Of a stretch of 64,000 nucleotides of DNA, positions 1-9,820 are shown piece by piece (the stretch's first letter is position 1; each line of letters begins with the position of its first letter). The notes beneath the pieces were generated by a model. It was not told the DNA's origin. It did not search any database and saw only the letters and a program-made list of their open reading frames with translations. The translations under genes and the position numbers were made by a program. Source of the stretch: Thermoproteota archaeon (GTDB lineage: Archaea > Korarchaeota > Korarchaeia > Korarchaeales > Korarchaeaceae); contig JAOZGC010000002.1 in the NCBI GenBank assembly GCA_027491915.1, forward strand, positions 256,001 through 320,000, given 5' to 3'.

Positions 1-1
1 C

Positions 2-367
2 GGCGCGTCGACCCACGAGCAGTGCCCGAGGGCCGGGTTCTACGCCGCCGGGGACTTCAGGGAGCACGCCGGGGACGGCGACCTCAGGTGCCTGTTCAAC
101 GTCGGGTGCAAGGGCCCCGTGAGCAACTGCCCGTGGAACAGGGTGGGCTGGATACAGGGGATAGGGGGGCCCACCAGGACCGGAGGGGTCTGCATAGGGT
201 GCACCATGCCGGGATTCCCCGACGCCTTCGAGCCCTTCTACAAGCCGCTCCAGGCCCCGCTGCCTCCTGACATCGTCACGGTCGGCGGGCTGACGGCGGC
301 CGCCGCGGTGGCCGGCGCGGCCGTCGGGTACCTGTCCACGAGAGAGGCCAGGAAGGGGGGTGAGTGA
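2..367 (+). CDS. [NiFe]-hydrogenase small subunit, C-terminal part (5' truncated by window)
   Basis: Frame from nt 2 reads [14 protein letters not shown]...[17 protein letters not shown]...[14 protein letters not shown]. These are distal/medial Fe-S ligands, followed by a hydrophobic C-terminal anchor. Overlaps the large-subunit start. Confidence 0.93.
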   Translation, partial: GASTHEQCPRAGFYAAGDFREHAGDGDLRCLFNVGCKGPVSNCPWNRVGWIQGIGGPTRTGGVCIGCTMPGFPDAFEPFYKPLQAPLPPDIVTVGGLTAAAAVAGAAVGYLSTREARKGGE

Positions 368-2142
368 GCGTGGGAGAGAAGGTAATGTTCATAGATCCCA
401 TAACCAGGATAGAGGGTCACCTGGGCCTGAGGGCCGTGGTGGACACCGACACCAGGCAGGTCAGCGACGCGTGGGCCTTTGCGGCCATGTTCAGGGGATT
501 CGAGGTCTTCCTCCGAGGCAGGGAGCCGCCCGACGCCATACACATAACCAGCCGGATCTGCGGGGTGTGCGCGGCCAGCCACTCGAACGCGTCCGTGATA
601 GCCAACGACATGGCCCTCGGCGCGGTCCCGTATCCCTTCGGCGTGGCCATCAGGAACCTGGCCTGGGCGGCCACCGACCACATGTACGACCACCCCACCC
701 ACCTGAACATCCTGGCCGGACCGGACTACAGCGCGGCGATCGTGGGCAGGTTCACGCCCAGCGTGCTGGACGAGGCCAGACAGACCCACGCCGAGAGGAG
801 CGACATCCACGGATTCTCCACCATAGGAGACCTGCTGGAGGGGCTCAACCCGCTCCAGGGTAAGATATACATAACCGCCCTCAAGATGCAGAAGGTGGCC
901 AGGCAGGCGGGGGTCCTGCTCTACGGCAGGCACCCGCACCCGTCCACACTCGTCCCGGGAGGAATAGGGACCACGGTCACCCCGGACACCCTGATAGAAT
1001 ACTCCTACAGGCTCACCAAGCTCACCGCCTGGATGAAGATGGTCGTCGCCATATGGGACGACATAGCTGATTTCTTCAACGAGAACGGGTATGAGAGGCA
1101 GGGTCTAACCTACGAGAGGCCCAATCTGCTCTCGGTCGGTCTGTTCGAGGATCCAGAGACTTACTCCTCCATGGGAGAGAGCTACGAGGAGATATACCAC
1201 AACATGGACGAGGCCGCTGAGAAGAGGTGGGTGAAGCCCGGGCTCATACTGGACGGGGAGCTGGTCTCCACCAAGCACAGCGACATGAACGTTGGGACCA
1301 TAGAGGTCGTCGACTACGGGTTCTACAGGGACTGGGAGTCCCACTTCGTGGACGCCGATCCCAACGGGACCCCCGTCGTCTGGGGCAACTCCGACCTGGC
1401 CAAGTATCATCCCTGGAACAAGACCACCATACCTAATCCGGTCGCCCAGGACTGGGCCTCCAAGTACACCTGGGCCGGGACCGTCAGGTACGTCAAGAGG
1501 AACGGCGAGATAAGGCCGCTCGAGGTCGGCCCGATAGCGAGGATGTGGGCGACGGCGCTGGCCATGGGGGGCAGCGTGAGGTTCGAGCTGCCCAGGACCA
1601 ACGGCGTGCTGGAGCTCCCCGAGGGGACTTGGGGAGAGATGGAGTTCGAGTGGCGTCCGCCGAGGGTCGGGGCCTCCACCACCGTAGAGAGGATGAGGGC
1701 GAGGGCCTACAACGTAGCGTACGACGCCGCCGGCGCCTGGAACTCCCTGGTCTTGGCCCTCGGTCTCGTGAAGAGCGGGAACACCGCCCAGTCCAGACCG
1801 TGGAAGCAGCCCTCCCACGCCGTGGCCATAGGGTTCAACGAGGCTCCCAGGGGCAGCGTGAGGCACTGGATGGTGGTGGACAACTACAAGATAACCAACT
1901 ACCAGATACACGCCCCGACGACCGCTAACCTTTCCCCCAGGGACAGGTGGGGGATCCAGGGACCCTACGAGATGTCCGTCATCCACAGTGTCGTGACGGA
2001 GGAGGGCGGTCCGGACGAGTGGTCCGGCCTCGACTTCGTCAGGGCCATAAGGAGCTTCGACCCGTGCCTCGCCTGCACCGTCCACATATTCGCCGGCTCC
2101 AGGAAGATAGAGAGGCTGATCAACCCCGCCTGCGGGCTGTGA
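364..2142 (+). CDS. Group 1 [NiFe]-hydrogenase large subunit
   Basis: [10 protein letters not shown]1 motif RICGVC, EAPRG, L2 motif [11 protein letters not shown] followed by a cleavable C-terminal extension. Confidence 0.97.
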   Translation: MSVGEKVMFIDPITRIEGHLGLRAVVDTDTRQVSDAWAFAAMFRGFEVFLRGREPPDAIHITSRICGVCAASHSNASVIANDMALGAVPYPFGVAIRNLAWAATDHMYDHPTHLNILAGPDYSAAIVGRFTPSVLDEARQTHAERSDIHGFSTIGDLLEGLNPLQGKIYITALKMQKVARQAGVLLYGRHPHPSTLVPGGIGTTVTPDTLIEYSYRLTKLTAWMKMVVAIWDDIADFFNENGYERQGLTYERPNLLSVGLFEDPETYSSMGESYEEIYHNMDEAAEKRWVKPGLILDGELVSTKHSDMNVGTIEVVDYGFYRDWESHFVDADPNGTPVVWGNSDLAKYHPWNKTTIPNPVAQDWASKYTWAGTVRYVKRNGEIRPLEVGPIARMWATALAMGGSVRFELPRTNGVLELPEGTWGEMEFEWRPPRVGASTTVERMRARAYNVAYDAAGAWNSLVLALGLVKSGNTAQSRPWKQPSHAVAIGFNEAPRGSVRHWMVVDNYKITNYQIHAPTTANLSPRDRWGIQGPYEMSVIHSVVTEEGGPDEWSGLDFVRAIRSFDPCLACTVHIFAGSRKIERLINPACGL

Positions 2143-2153
2143 GGCGATAGGAT

Positions 2154-2963
2154 ATGCAGCCCGTACCGGCGACTGATCTCTACAACCTGGCCGTCTACAG
2201 CCTGCTCCCCGTGACCATATTCGTGTTCGTGGCCGGCATGTTCTACAGGATATCCAGGTACGTCTCCACCTGGAAGAGGCCTAGGGCGTCCTCCCCCAAG
2301 AGGGGGAAGGGATTCGGGGGCGCCGTGGTCGGCCTGATAATGACCTTCCTCCACCCAATAATCTTCAGCCTGAAGAAGGAGAGATCCATGTTCACCACGG
2401 GGCTGCTGGCAATGCACGTCCTGGGGGTGATACCCCTGCTCTTCCTCCTCGCCCACCACGTCGTGTGGTGGGCCTACTTCTTCCCACCCTACGCGGCCCT
2501 GAAACCCCTGGCCATACCGACCAGCTCCGTCAGCTCCTACCTGTCGCTCTCCGCCCCCGTCCACCCGGCCTCCTCCATGTCCTTTGACTTCGTCAACACG
2601 GTGTGGGGACCCCTAACCGCGGTCCTCAACGGGGACGTCCTGGCCGTCATCGCGACGGTGGCCGTAGGCTACAAGGTACTCGAGAGGATACCCAAGATCT
2701 CCGGCGGGAGGAGGTACATCAGGATAGGGGACTTCGTCGCCCTCCTGCTGCTCTTCGCAATAATAGTCTCCGGATACGTGGCCACCCACCACATGCTCGG
2801 CCCCGACATGAGCGACTACAGGACGGCCCTCGGATTCCACATACTGACGGCCGAGATCCTGGTGATGATACTGCCCTTCACCAAGTTCTTCCACTTCGTC
2901 TTCGGGTACTGGTACGGGAAGCTGCACGAGTGGTACGACCTAGTGTTGAGGAGGGGAGTGTGA
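2154..2963 (+). CDS. Membrane b-type cytochrome, NarI/DsrM/Isp1-like
   Basis: About 5 hydrophobic helices with spaced His (MHVLG..LAHH; GFHIL..LPFTKFFHF, the typical NarI/DsrM P-F-T-K-x-x-H motif). Lies in the hydrogenase operon. Confidence 0.82.
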   Translation: MQPVPATDLYNLAVYSLLPVTIFVFVAGMFYRISRYVSTWKRPRASSPKRGKGFGGAVVGLIMTFLHPIIFSLKKERSMFTTGLLAMHVLGVIPLLFLLAHHVVWWAYFFPPYAALKPLAIPTSSVSSYLSLSAPVHPASSMSFDFVNTVWGPLTAVLNGDVLAVIATVAVGYKVLERIPKISGGRRYIRIGDFVALLLLFAIIVSGYVATHHMLGPDMSDYRTALGFHILTAEILVMILPFTKFFHFVFGYWYGKLHEWYDLVLRRGV

Positions 2964-4285
2964 TGGCCGCAGAGACGGTCGAGATCAAGAGGGCGGCGGG
3001 CGCCGCCCTGAGGAGGATATCCTCAGCCGAGCTCCACTTCCTGGAGAACTGCGTTGGGTGCGCCCTCTGCGAGTCCGTGTGCCCCTATACGGAGGTTGAT
3101 CCCGGATACGGTCCCGTCAGCAAGGCCGAGCTCCTCAGGAGGATATACAGGAAGGAGATGACCATCTCCGGGATGATACTGGGCCCCCTGGTCCACGCCT
3201 GGATGCCGGGCGCCGGTGACCTGGGGCTGGTCAGGGAGGTCGCCTACAGGTGTACCAACTGCTGGCACTGTTACACGGTCTGCGCGTTCGGCATAAACAG
3301 CGGGACCCTGGTCAACATGCTCCGCACGGTGGTCGACGGGGTCGGCATGACCCCGGCCGTCCTGGCCGAGATGAGGAAGCTGGAGCTCGAGGGGGCGGGC
3401 GGCAAGGCCTCGGCCACCTTGGCCGAGGTCCTGAACAGGGCCGCCAAGGAGATAGGGAAGGACCTGCCCTTCGACAAGAAGGGAGCCAACGTTCTCTACG
3501 TGCCGTGGCCCGTCGAGGCGGCGCTGGACCCCGACTCGGTGGTGGCCACCATAAAGATACTCGACGCCCTGGGTGAGGACTGGAGCATACCCAAAGACCC
3601 TCTCGGACTCAGGGTGCCCGTGGGAAGCCTGGTGGGAGACGTCAAGGCGGCGGAGGAGGCCATGAAATCCTTCAACGATAGGGTCTCCGACCTCTCACCG
3701 AAGATCGTGCTCCTGAGCGACGGCGGATACCCGTACTCCTCGCTCAGGTTCGAGCTGGCCGAGGCCGTGGGCTCGACCCCGTCCTACCGGGTTGTTCACG
3801 TCTCCGAGTACCTCGCCGAGAAGCTCAGGGAGGGTAAGCTCAAGCTCCGCTCCGGATCGGAGAGGGTCACCTGGCACGATCCCTGCAAGCTGGGCAGGTC
3901 GGCCGGGGTCTTCGACGAGCCCAGGGAGGTCCTCAAGGCGGCGACCTCCGGATTTAGGGAGCTGCCCCACAACAGGAAGGACAGCTACTGCGTGGGCGGT
4001 GGCGGCGGCATGGGGTGGCTCTCCGACGAGCTGAGGAAGGTGGCCGAGGAGAAGCTGGGGGTGAAATCCTCCTCCGACGGGGAATCGGAATTCCTCTCGA
4101 AGGCGGATTCCGATCTTAAGAAGGCCATGAAGAGGAAGATGGAAGACGTGAAGAAGTCGGAGGCCGAGATAATCGTCACCGCCTGTCCCATGTGCGTGAA
4201 GACCCTCGTGATGGGATCTCAGATCCACGGACCGGAGATAAAGGTCGAGCACATATCCACCTTCGTGGCTGAGAGGCTGGGCTGA
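2963..4285 (+). CDS. Fe-S oxidoreductase, HdrD/DsrK/Isp2-like (2x[4Fe-4S] + CCG domains)
   Basis: ATG at 2963 overlaps the upstream TGA. Motifs CVGCALCESVCP, CTNCWHCYTVC, VTWHDPCKLGR, YCVGGGGG and TACPMC. Confidence 0.88.
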   Translation: MAAETVEIKRAAGAALRRISSAELHFLENCVGCALCESVCPYTEVDPGYGPVSKAELLRRIYRKEMTISGMILGPLVHAWMPGAGDLGLVREVAYRCTNCWHCYTVCAFGINSGTLVNMLRTVVDGVGMTPAVLAEMRKLELEGAGGKASATLAEVLNRAAKEIGKDLPFDKKGANVLYVPWPVEAALDPDSVVATIKILDALGEDWSIPKDPLGLRVPVGSLVGDVKAAEEAMKSFNDRVSDLSPKIVLLSDGGYPYSSLRFELAEAVGSTPSYRVVHVSEYLAEKLREGKLKLRSGSERVTWHDPCKLGRSAGVFDEPREVLKAATSGFRELPHNRKDSYCVGGGGGMGWLSDELRKVAEEKLGVKSSSDGESEFLSKADSDLKKAMKRKMEDVKKSEAEIIVTACPMCVKTLVMGSQIHGPEIKVEHISTFVAERLG

Positions 4286-4319
4286 GGGGCCAGCCTCTCC
4301 CTCTCTCCTCTTTTTCTTC
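4271..4319 (+). terminator. Stem-loop plus pyrimidine/U tract ending the hydrogenase operon
   Basis: GAGAGGCTGG (4271-4280) pairs with CCAGCCTCTC (4290-4299), followed by CCTCTCTCCTCTTTTTCTTC. Confidence 0.6.
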
Positions 4320-4368
4320 AATCCACCTCGCGGGGCGGCACGAACATTTATCCCTGGTCCCCCCGCCG

Positions 4369-5709
4369 GTGGTCGAGGTGCGTCCCTTGGATCCGAGGGA
4401 GTCTTACGACAGAGTTTTTGAGCTCCTCCGGGAGCACCACTCTTGGTTTGACTCCTCTATTCCCCTGATAGCCAGCGAGAACGTCACCAGCCCGGCGGTC
4501 AGGGAGGCCCTGATAAGCGACTTCGAGCACAGGTACGCCGAGGGATGGGTCGGCGAGAGGGTCTACGCAGGGTGCAGGTACATAGACGAGGTGGAGAGGG
4601 TGGCGATGGACCTCGCCAAGGATCTCTTCAGGGCGGACCACGCTGACGTCAGGCCGATAAGCGGCGTGGTTGCCAACCTCGCCGTCTACACCGCCTTCAC
4701 CAAACCTGGGGACGTCATGATGGCCCTCCCCATCACGAAGGGAGGTCACATAAGCGCCGGCCCCCTCTACGGCAGCAAGGGAAACAGGATAGGGGGGACC
4801 GCCGGGGCGGTCCACGGCCTCGACGTCAAGTACATGGCGTTCGACGACGAGGAGTTCAACATAGACGTGGACAGGACCCTCAAGAGGATGGAGAAGTATC
4901 GCCCGAAGCTCCTGATGTTTGGGGCCTCCGAGATACTGTTCCCACAGCCTGTGAGGGAGATAGCCGACGAGGCGCACGCCATGGGCGCGGTGGTCAACTA
5001 CGACGCGGCCCACGTGGCGGGCCTCATAGCCGCGGGGAGGTTCCAGGATCCCCTCAGGGAGGGGGCCGACACCATGACGGCCAGCACTCACAAGACGCTC
5101 CCGGGTCCGCAGCACGGCATGGTGCTGACCAACGACGGGGAGAAGTTCGAGCTGATAAAGCAGGCCTGCTTTCCCGGCCTCCTGAGCAACCACCACCCCA
5201 ACGCGGTGGCGGCCCTGGCCGTTGCCCTGGCGGAGCTGAAGGCCTTCGGCAGGGATTACGCCGATCAGATAATCAGGAACGCCAAGGCCCTGGCTGAAGC
5301 CCTGTACAACGCTGGATTTAAGGTCCTCGGAGAGAGGAGGGGTTTCACCGAGTCTCACCAGGTGATCTTCGACGTGGCCGACATCGGGGGAGGAATGTGG
5401 GCCGAGAAGGCGCTGGAGGAGGCCAACATAATAGTGAACAGGAACCTGCTCCCCTACGACATAAAGAGGGGGAGGCACTTCCGGGATCCGGGCGGGATAA
5501 GGCTGGGAACCCTGGAGGTCACCAGGCTTGGGATGAGGGAATCTGAGATGGAGGAGATAGCCTCTTTCTTCAAGAGGGTTCTCTTGGACAGGGAAGAGCC
5601 CTCAAGGGTCGCCGCCGACGTTCGGGAATTCAGGAGGAGGTTCAGACACGTCCACTACTGCTTCGACTGTCCTGCCGAGGCCTACGCCTACAGGAGACTC
5701 AGAGGGTAA
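4369..5709 (+). CDS. glyA: Serine hydroxymethyltransferase (archaeal type)
   Basis: LIASEN, RYAEG..YAGC, YDAAHVAGLIA and the PLP lysine motif STHKTLPGPQHG; GIRLGT. Confidence 0.97.
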   Translation: MVEVRPLDPRESYDRVFELLREHHSWFDSSIPLIASENVTSPAVREALISDFEHRYAEGWVGERVYAGCRYIDEVERVAMDLAKDLFRADHADVRPISGVVANLAVYTAFTKPGDVMMALPITKGGHISAGPLYGSKGNRIGGTAGAVHGLDVKYMAFDDEEFNIDVDRTLKRMEKYRPKLLMFGASEILFPQPVREIADEAHAMGAVVNYDAAHVAGLIAAGRFQDPLREGADTMTASTHKTLPGPQHGMVLTNDGEKFELIKQACFPGLLSNHHPNAVAALAVALAELKAFGRDYADQIIRNAKALAEALYNAGFKVLGERRGFTESHQVIFDVADIGGGMWAEKALEEANIIVNRNLLPYDIKRGRHFRDPGGIRLGTLEVTRLGMRESEMEEIASFFKRVLLDREEPSRVAADVREFRRRFRHVHYCFDCPAEAYAYRRLRG

Positions 5710-5714
5710 CTGCG

Positions 5715-6533
5715 ATGGGCGCGAGGAGGAGGGACCTCCTGAGGCTGACGGGCGCGCTGGTCTTGGCGTCGGGCGCTGGGGGCGCGCTGGAGGTCTTCAG
5801 GGAGGTGGACTCTCCCGTCGTGGAGATCGTGAGGCTCCCTCCTCCCTCGCCCCACCTGGAGGGCGAGAGGATCCTGCTCATCTCAGACGTCCACTCCAAG
5901 GGGTGGGGACCTAGGGAGGCCTTCGCGCTGGCGGCGGCCGCCGCGGCGCGGCCAAGCCTGATAGCCCTGACCGGCGACCTGATAGACTCCGGTGGGGAGG
6001 GAATCGAGGCGGCCCTGAGGCTGGTCGAGGGCCTCTCTTCGATTGCCCCCACCTTCTTCGTGCCGGGGAACTGGGACTACTGGGCCCTGGGGAGGGGCGG
6101 TCCCCCGCCCGAGGAGTGGTTTGGGGAAATCTCCTCCGCCGGGGCAATGGTCCTCAGGAATGATTCGGTGGAGCTCCCGGGAGGGGGTTCCCTCGTGGGG
6201 CTCGACGACCCGCACACCTGGAGGCACGACGTCCCGGCCGCCTTCTCCGGTGTTGAGGGGCGACCCCTGGTTTTGGCCCACTCGCCCGAGGCCTTCGAGG
6301 AGGCGGCGCGCGCGGGGGCCGGCGCGATCCTGGCAGGGCACACGCACGGAGGGCAGGTCAGACTCCCCCTGATCCCGCCGATATGGATCCCGGCCAGGAC
6401 CGGCGCCAAGTACGTGTCGGGACTCTACGAGGTTGGGGGGTCGGTCGCGTACGTCAGCAGGGGTCTCGGGTGGTCCGGTCTCCCGGTCAGGTTCATGTGT
6501 CCCCCGGAGGTCACCCTCCTGATCCTCGACTGA
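5715..6533 (+). CDS. Calcineurin-like metallophosphoesterase (YkuE-like), possible Tat substrate
   Basis: SDVH, TGDLID, PGNWD, LAHSP, AGHTHGGQ, SRGLG; N-terminal RRRDLL followed by a hydrophobic stretch. Confidence 0.9.
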   Translation: MGARRRDLLRLTGALVLASGAGGALEVFREVDSPVVEIVRLPPPSPHLEGERILLISDVHSKGWGPREAFALAAAAAARPSLIALTGDLIDSGGEGIEAALRLVEGLSSIAPTFFVPGNWDYWALGRGGPPPEEWFGEISSAGAMVLRNDSVELPGGGSLVGLDDPHTWRHDVPAAFSGVEGRPLVLAHSPEAFEEAARAGAGAILAGHTHGGQVRLPLIPPIWIPARTGAKYVSGLYEVGGSVAYVSRGLGWSGLPVRFMCPPEVTLLILD

Positions 6534-6534
6534 C

Positions 6535-6756
6535 CTATCGATCACCCTCTCGCCCGCCCCGAGGGGAATTTTCCCCTCCCCCTCCCAGCTCACTGGGATC
6601 GACCTCTATCTCTCCGTAGACGGGGCCCCTGTAACCACAATCCGGGCAGAACCAGACCTCCGGGGTGAGCCAGCCGGAGAAGACGCTCGCCCTCTCCAGT
6701 CTTCTGCTCCCGCAGACGGGGCAGATCCTCATCTTCATCTTCACCTTCTTACCCAT
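6535..6756 (-). CDS. Small Zn-ribbon protein
   Basis: CPVCGS...WFCPDCGYRGP; divergent from tldD across an AT-rich TATA-like patch (about 6780-6790). Confidence 0.75.
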   Translation of the reverse strand: MGKKVKMKMRICPVCGSRRLERASVFSGWLTPEVWFCPDCGYRGPVYGEIEVDPSELGGGGENSPRGGREGDR

Positions 6757-6813
6757 CCCCTTCCTGGACCCCGGGCGGCAAAGTTATTTTTCGCTTGCCC
6801 TCCGGCGGGCCCG

Positions 6814-8205
6814 ATGTCGGAAGGAGGCCTCGACTTGGATTGGCTCCTCTCCTTCGCCTCCGACCTGGATCCGGAGTTCGTTGAGGTCAGGTACGGGTCT
6901 GAGGAGAGTTTCTCCCTGGCGCTCATGGACGGGACCGTCAGGGAGATGTCTAAGGGGATCTCCATGGGGGTCGGGGTGAGGGCCTTCTACCGTGGGGCTT
7001 GGGGCTTCTCCTCGACCCAGGACCTCTCCAGGGACTCCCTGAAGACGGCTGCCGTGGAGGCGGTGGATCTGGCCAAGAGGTCTTCCGCCTCCAGGAAGAC
7101 CAGGTTCAGCGTAGGGGGGAGACCCTTCTCCGGCGAGTGGCTCTCCCCAGTAGGCAGGGATCCCAGAGACGTGAGCCCAGAGGAGAAGGTCTCGCTGGTC
7201 AGAGAAGCCGAATCGGCCGCCAGATCCCTGGGGGAGAGAGTCAAGAACGTGAACGTTATGTACGCCGACTCCAGGGTTGTGGAGCTGACCCTGAACAGCC
7301 TGGGGACGGAGGTCCGACAGGAGATTTTCAGGACCAGGGCCGCCGTCCAGGTGTTCGCCCACGAGGCCGGCGTCACCGAGAGGGCCTACGAGTCGCTCGG
7401 CGGGGTGGGCGGGGTTGACCTTGTTTCGGACCTGCCCTCCTCGGGAGAGGAGGCCGCCAGGAGGGCGATCGACCTCCTTGGGGCAAAACCGGCCCCGGCC
7501 GGACCTTACCGCGCCGTGCTCGACGGCAAGCTCGCCGGCCTCTTCATACACGAGGCCTTCGGTCACGCGACGGAGGCAGACTCGGTCCTGGAGAGGATGA
7601 GCGTCCTGGAAGGGAGGGTCGGTACCAGCGTGGGCTCCCCGGAGGTCAACGTGCTGGACGATCCGACGATACCGGGGCTCTACGGATCCTACGCCTACGA
7701 CTCCGAGGGGACTCCGGCCAGGAGGAAGTACCTCGTCAGGGAGGGAGTCCTGGTCGGTTTCCTCCACAACCTCGAGACCTCGTCCAGGATGGGGGAGGAG
7801 CCGAGCGGCAACGGGCGCGCCCAGGGTTACGGTTCCCCTCCCCAGGTGAGGATGAGCAACACGTTCATAGAGGCCGGCGATTGGAGCCTGGAGGAGATGA
7901 TATCAGAGATGAGGGAGGGAATATACGCCAAGGGCGGTCTCTACGGTTACACCGAGCCGGCCAAGGGACAGTTCATGTTCAAGGCGGAGGAAGGGTGGTG
8001 GGTTGAGGGGGGAGAGCTGAGAGAGAGGCTAAGGGAGGTGGCCATAGCCGGAATGACCCTGGACGTCCTCCACGGAGTGGACGCGGTCGGGAGGGACCTT
8101 AGCCACGATCCGGGCATGTGCGGGAAGAACGGCCAGTGGGTCCCCGTCACGACCGGCGCCCCGCACATACGCGTGGAGAGGGTGGTCTTCGGGGGGTTGA
8201 GGTGA
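6814..8205 (+). CDS. tldD: TldD metalloprotease subunit
   Basis: HEAFGHATEAD metal motif, YDSEG, GNGRA..RMSNT and C-terminal CGKNGQ. Confidence 0.95.
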   Translation: MSEGGLDLDWLLSFASDLDPEFVEVRYGSEESFSLALMDGTVREMSKGISMGVGVRAFYRGAWGFSSTQDLSRDSLKTAAVEAVDLAKRSSASRKTRFSVGGRPFSGEWLSPVGRDPRDVSPEEKVSLVREAESAARSLGERVKNVNVMYADSRVVELTLNSLGTEVRQEIFRTRAAVQVFAHEAGVTERAYESLGGVGGVDLVSDLPSSGEEAARRAIDLLGAKPAPAGPYRAVLDGKLAGLFIHEAFGHATEADSVLERMSVLEGRVGTSVGSPEVNVLDDPTIPGLYGSYAYDSEGTPARRKYLVREGVLVGFLHNLETSSRMGEEPSGNGRAQGYGSPPQVRMSNTFIEAGDWSLEEMISEMREGIYAKGGLYGYTEPAKGQFMFKAEEGWWVEGGELRERLREVAIAGMTLDVLHGVDAVGRDLSHDPGMCGKNGQWVPVTTGAPHIRVERVVFGGLR

Positions 8206-8206
8206 C

Positions 8207-9544
8207 ATGGACGCGGGGCTCCTTTCTCTGGGAGAGGAGATGGTGGGAAGGGCCCTGTCGGAGGGGGCAGATTCCGCCGAGGCCTTCCTCGTCCGCTCCA
8301 GGATCGTCAGCGTTGAGGTCAAGGGAGGGGAGATAAAGGCGGCATCGTCCAGAGTGAGGGAGGAGGTCGGAATAAGGGCCGTCTCCGGTGGGAAGCTGGG
8401 CTTCGCCCACGCGTCCGGCTCTTCCAACGCCCTCAGGATCGTCAAGGCCGCGATCGAGAACATGGCCGCAAGCCCGCCGGATCCGAACCTCAGGGGGCTG
8501 CCGGCGGGCCGGAGGCCCACGGACGTCGCCGGCCTCTACGACCCGAAGCTGGCCGACCTACCCGTCTCGGACGCTGTGGAGCTGATGACGTCGGCGGTCG
8601 AGTCCGCCTCGGTGGGACCCAAGATAAGGTCCATCTCCGGAGAGCTGTCGGCCTCCAGGATGGAGGTCGCAGTCGTCAACTCCGAGGGGGTCTCGGCCTC
8701 GGAGGAGAGGACCTCCTCCTACCTGGAGGTTTACGTCGCGGCCTCCGACGGGACCGAGTCCAGCACCGGATATGAGTTCAACGAGGGGAGGAGGCTGGAC
8801 GAGATAGATCCCGAGTGGGTCGGCTCGAAGTCGGCCGAGCTGGCCCTGGCCTCCCTCTCTCAGGTGCGGCCCGAGACCGGCGACTACCCAGTGGTGATCG
8901 ACCCGACCGCGGCTCCGATGTTCCTCGGCTTCATGGTCTCCTCCGCTGCCAACGCGGAGAACGTCCAGTACGGGCGGAGCTTCCTCTGCGGGAAGCTAGG
9001 CGAGAGGATAGGTAGGGAAGGATTGAGTTTGATCGACGACGGGACCTTGGAGGGGGGGCTGAAGAGCGCCGGCTTCGACGATGAGGGTGTCCCAACCAGG
9101 AGGACGGAGGTGATAAGGGACGGCGTCCTCTCAAGCTACATACACAATCACTACACGGCCTCCAAGGAGGGGATCGAGAGCACGGGGAACGCCGTCAGGT
9201 CCCCCAGCAGCCTGCCCCGGGTGGGATCCCACAACGTGATATTCGAGGCTTCCCAGAACTTGAGGTTCGGGGAAGACGAATTGTTGGATCTGGACCGGGG
9301 AATCTACCTCAAGTTCACGGGAGACGTTCCGAACCTGGCCAACGGGGAGTTCAGCGGGCTCATACAGCTGGGATTCCTCATAGAGAGGGGAGAGATAACC
9401 AGGGGCCTCAAGGAGGCCAACTTCGGTCTGTCCTTGCTGGACCTCTTGAGGAACGTGGACGCTGTCGGTCGAGAGCCCAGGAGCGTCATGGGAACGGTAT
9501 CCCCGAGTTTCAGGGTCAGGTCTGTTCGCGTGGCGGGCGGCTAG
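8207..9544 (+). CDS. pmbA: PmbA/TldE protease partner subunit
   Basis: TldD paralogue lacking HExxxH; FDDEGVPT, STGNA, GEFS; directly follows tldD. Confidence 0.92.
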   Translation: MDAGLLSLGEEMVGRALSEGADSAEAFLVRSRIVSVEVKGGEIKAASSRVREEVGIRAVSGGKLGFAHASGSSNALRIVKAAIENMAASPPDPNLRGLPAGRRPTDVAGLYDPKLADLPVSDAVELMTSAVESASVGPKIRSISGELSASRMEVAVVNSEGVSASEERTSSYLEVYVAASDGTESSTGYEFNEGRRLDEIDPEWVGSKSAELALASLSQVRPETGDYPVVIDPTAAPMFLGFMVSSAANAENVQYGRSFLCGKLGERIGREGLSLIDDGTLEGGLKSAGFDDEGVPTRRTEVIRDGVLSSYIHNHYTASKEGIESTGNAVRSPSSLPRVGSHNVIFEASQNLRFGEDELLDLDRGIYLKFTGDVPNLANGEFSGLIQLGFLIERGEITRGLKEANFGLSLLDLLRNVDAVGREPRSVMGTVSPSFRVRSVRVAGG

Positions 9545-9551
9545 CCGCCCG
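9534..9551. repeat. Perfect 18-bp palindrome centred on the pmbA stop codon
   Basis: CGGGCGGCTAGCCGCCCG equals its own reverse complement. Confidence 0.85.
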
Positions 9552-9586
9552 TGGTAACAAATTTATAGGCGGGCGCCGGATATAAC

Positions 9587-9820
9587 ATGTGTGATACCAT
9601 GCTCCTCGGTTCCCACTTCCGGATGCTGAGACAGGTCGCCGAGAGGGGAGAGCGGGGTATGCCAGCCAGCGAGCTGGTCCCGAAGAGGGAGTACAGGGAT
9701 TTCGTCATAGAATATCTATCCAAGGAGGGACTCATACAGGTCAGGCGCCAGGGGGCTGGCGGGAGGGTCTACATAACCGAGAAGGGGCTGAGGCTCCTGA
9801 GGGATCAGGACATGTCCTGA
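9587..9820 (+). CDS. Small winged-helix DNA-binding protein
   Basis: YLSKEGLI..RVYITEKG wing motif; upstream BRE/TATA AACAAATTTATA (about 9556-9567). Confidence 0.72.
   Translation: MCDTMLLGSHFRMLRQVAERGERGMPASELVPKREYRDFVIEYLSKEGLIQVRRQGAGGRVYITEKGLRLLRDQDMS

Noticed and set aside
364-2142. Possible selenocysteine ([NiFeSe]) hydrogenase
   Set aside because: The L2 motif is encoded by TGC codons and there is no in-frame TGA.
2603-2962. N-terminal extensions in the ORF track (also 11659-12132, 12046-12288, 17343-17576, 55598-55972)
   Set aside because: They overlap neighbouring real genes. Recognisable domains begin at downstream starts coupled to upstream stops or TATA boxes.
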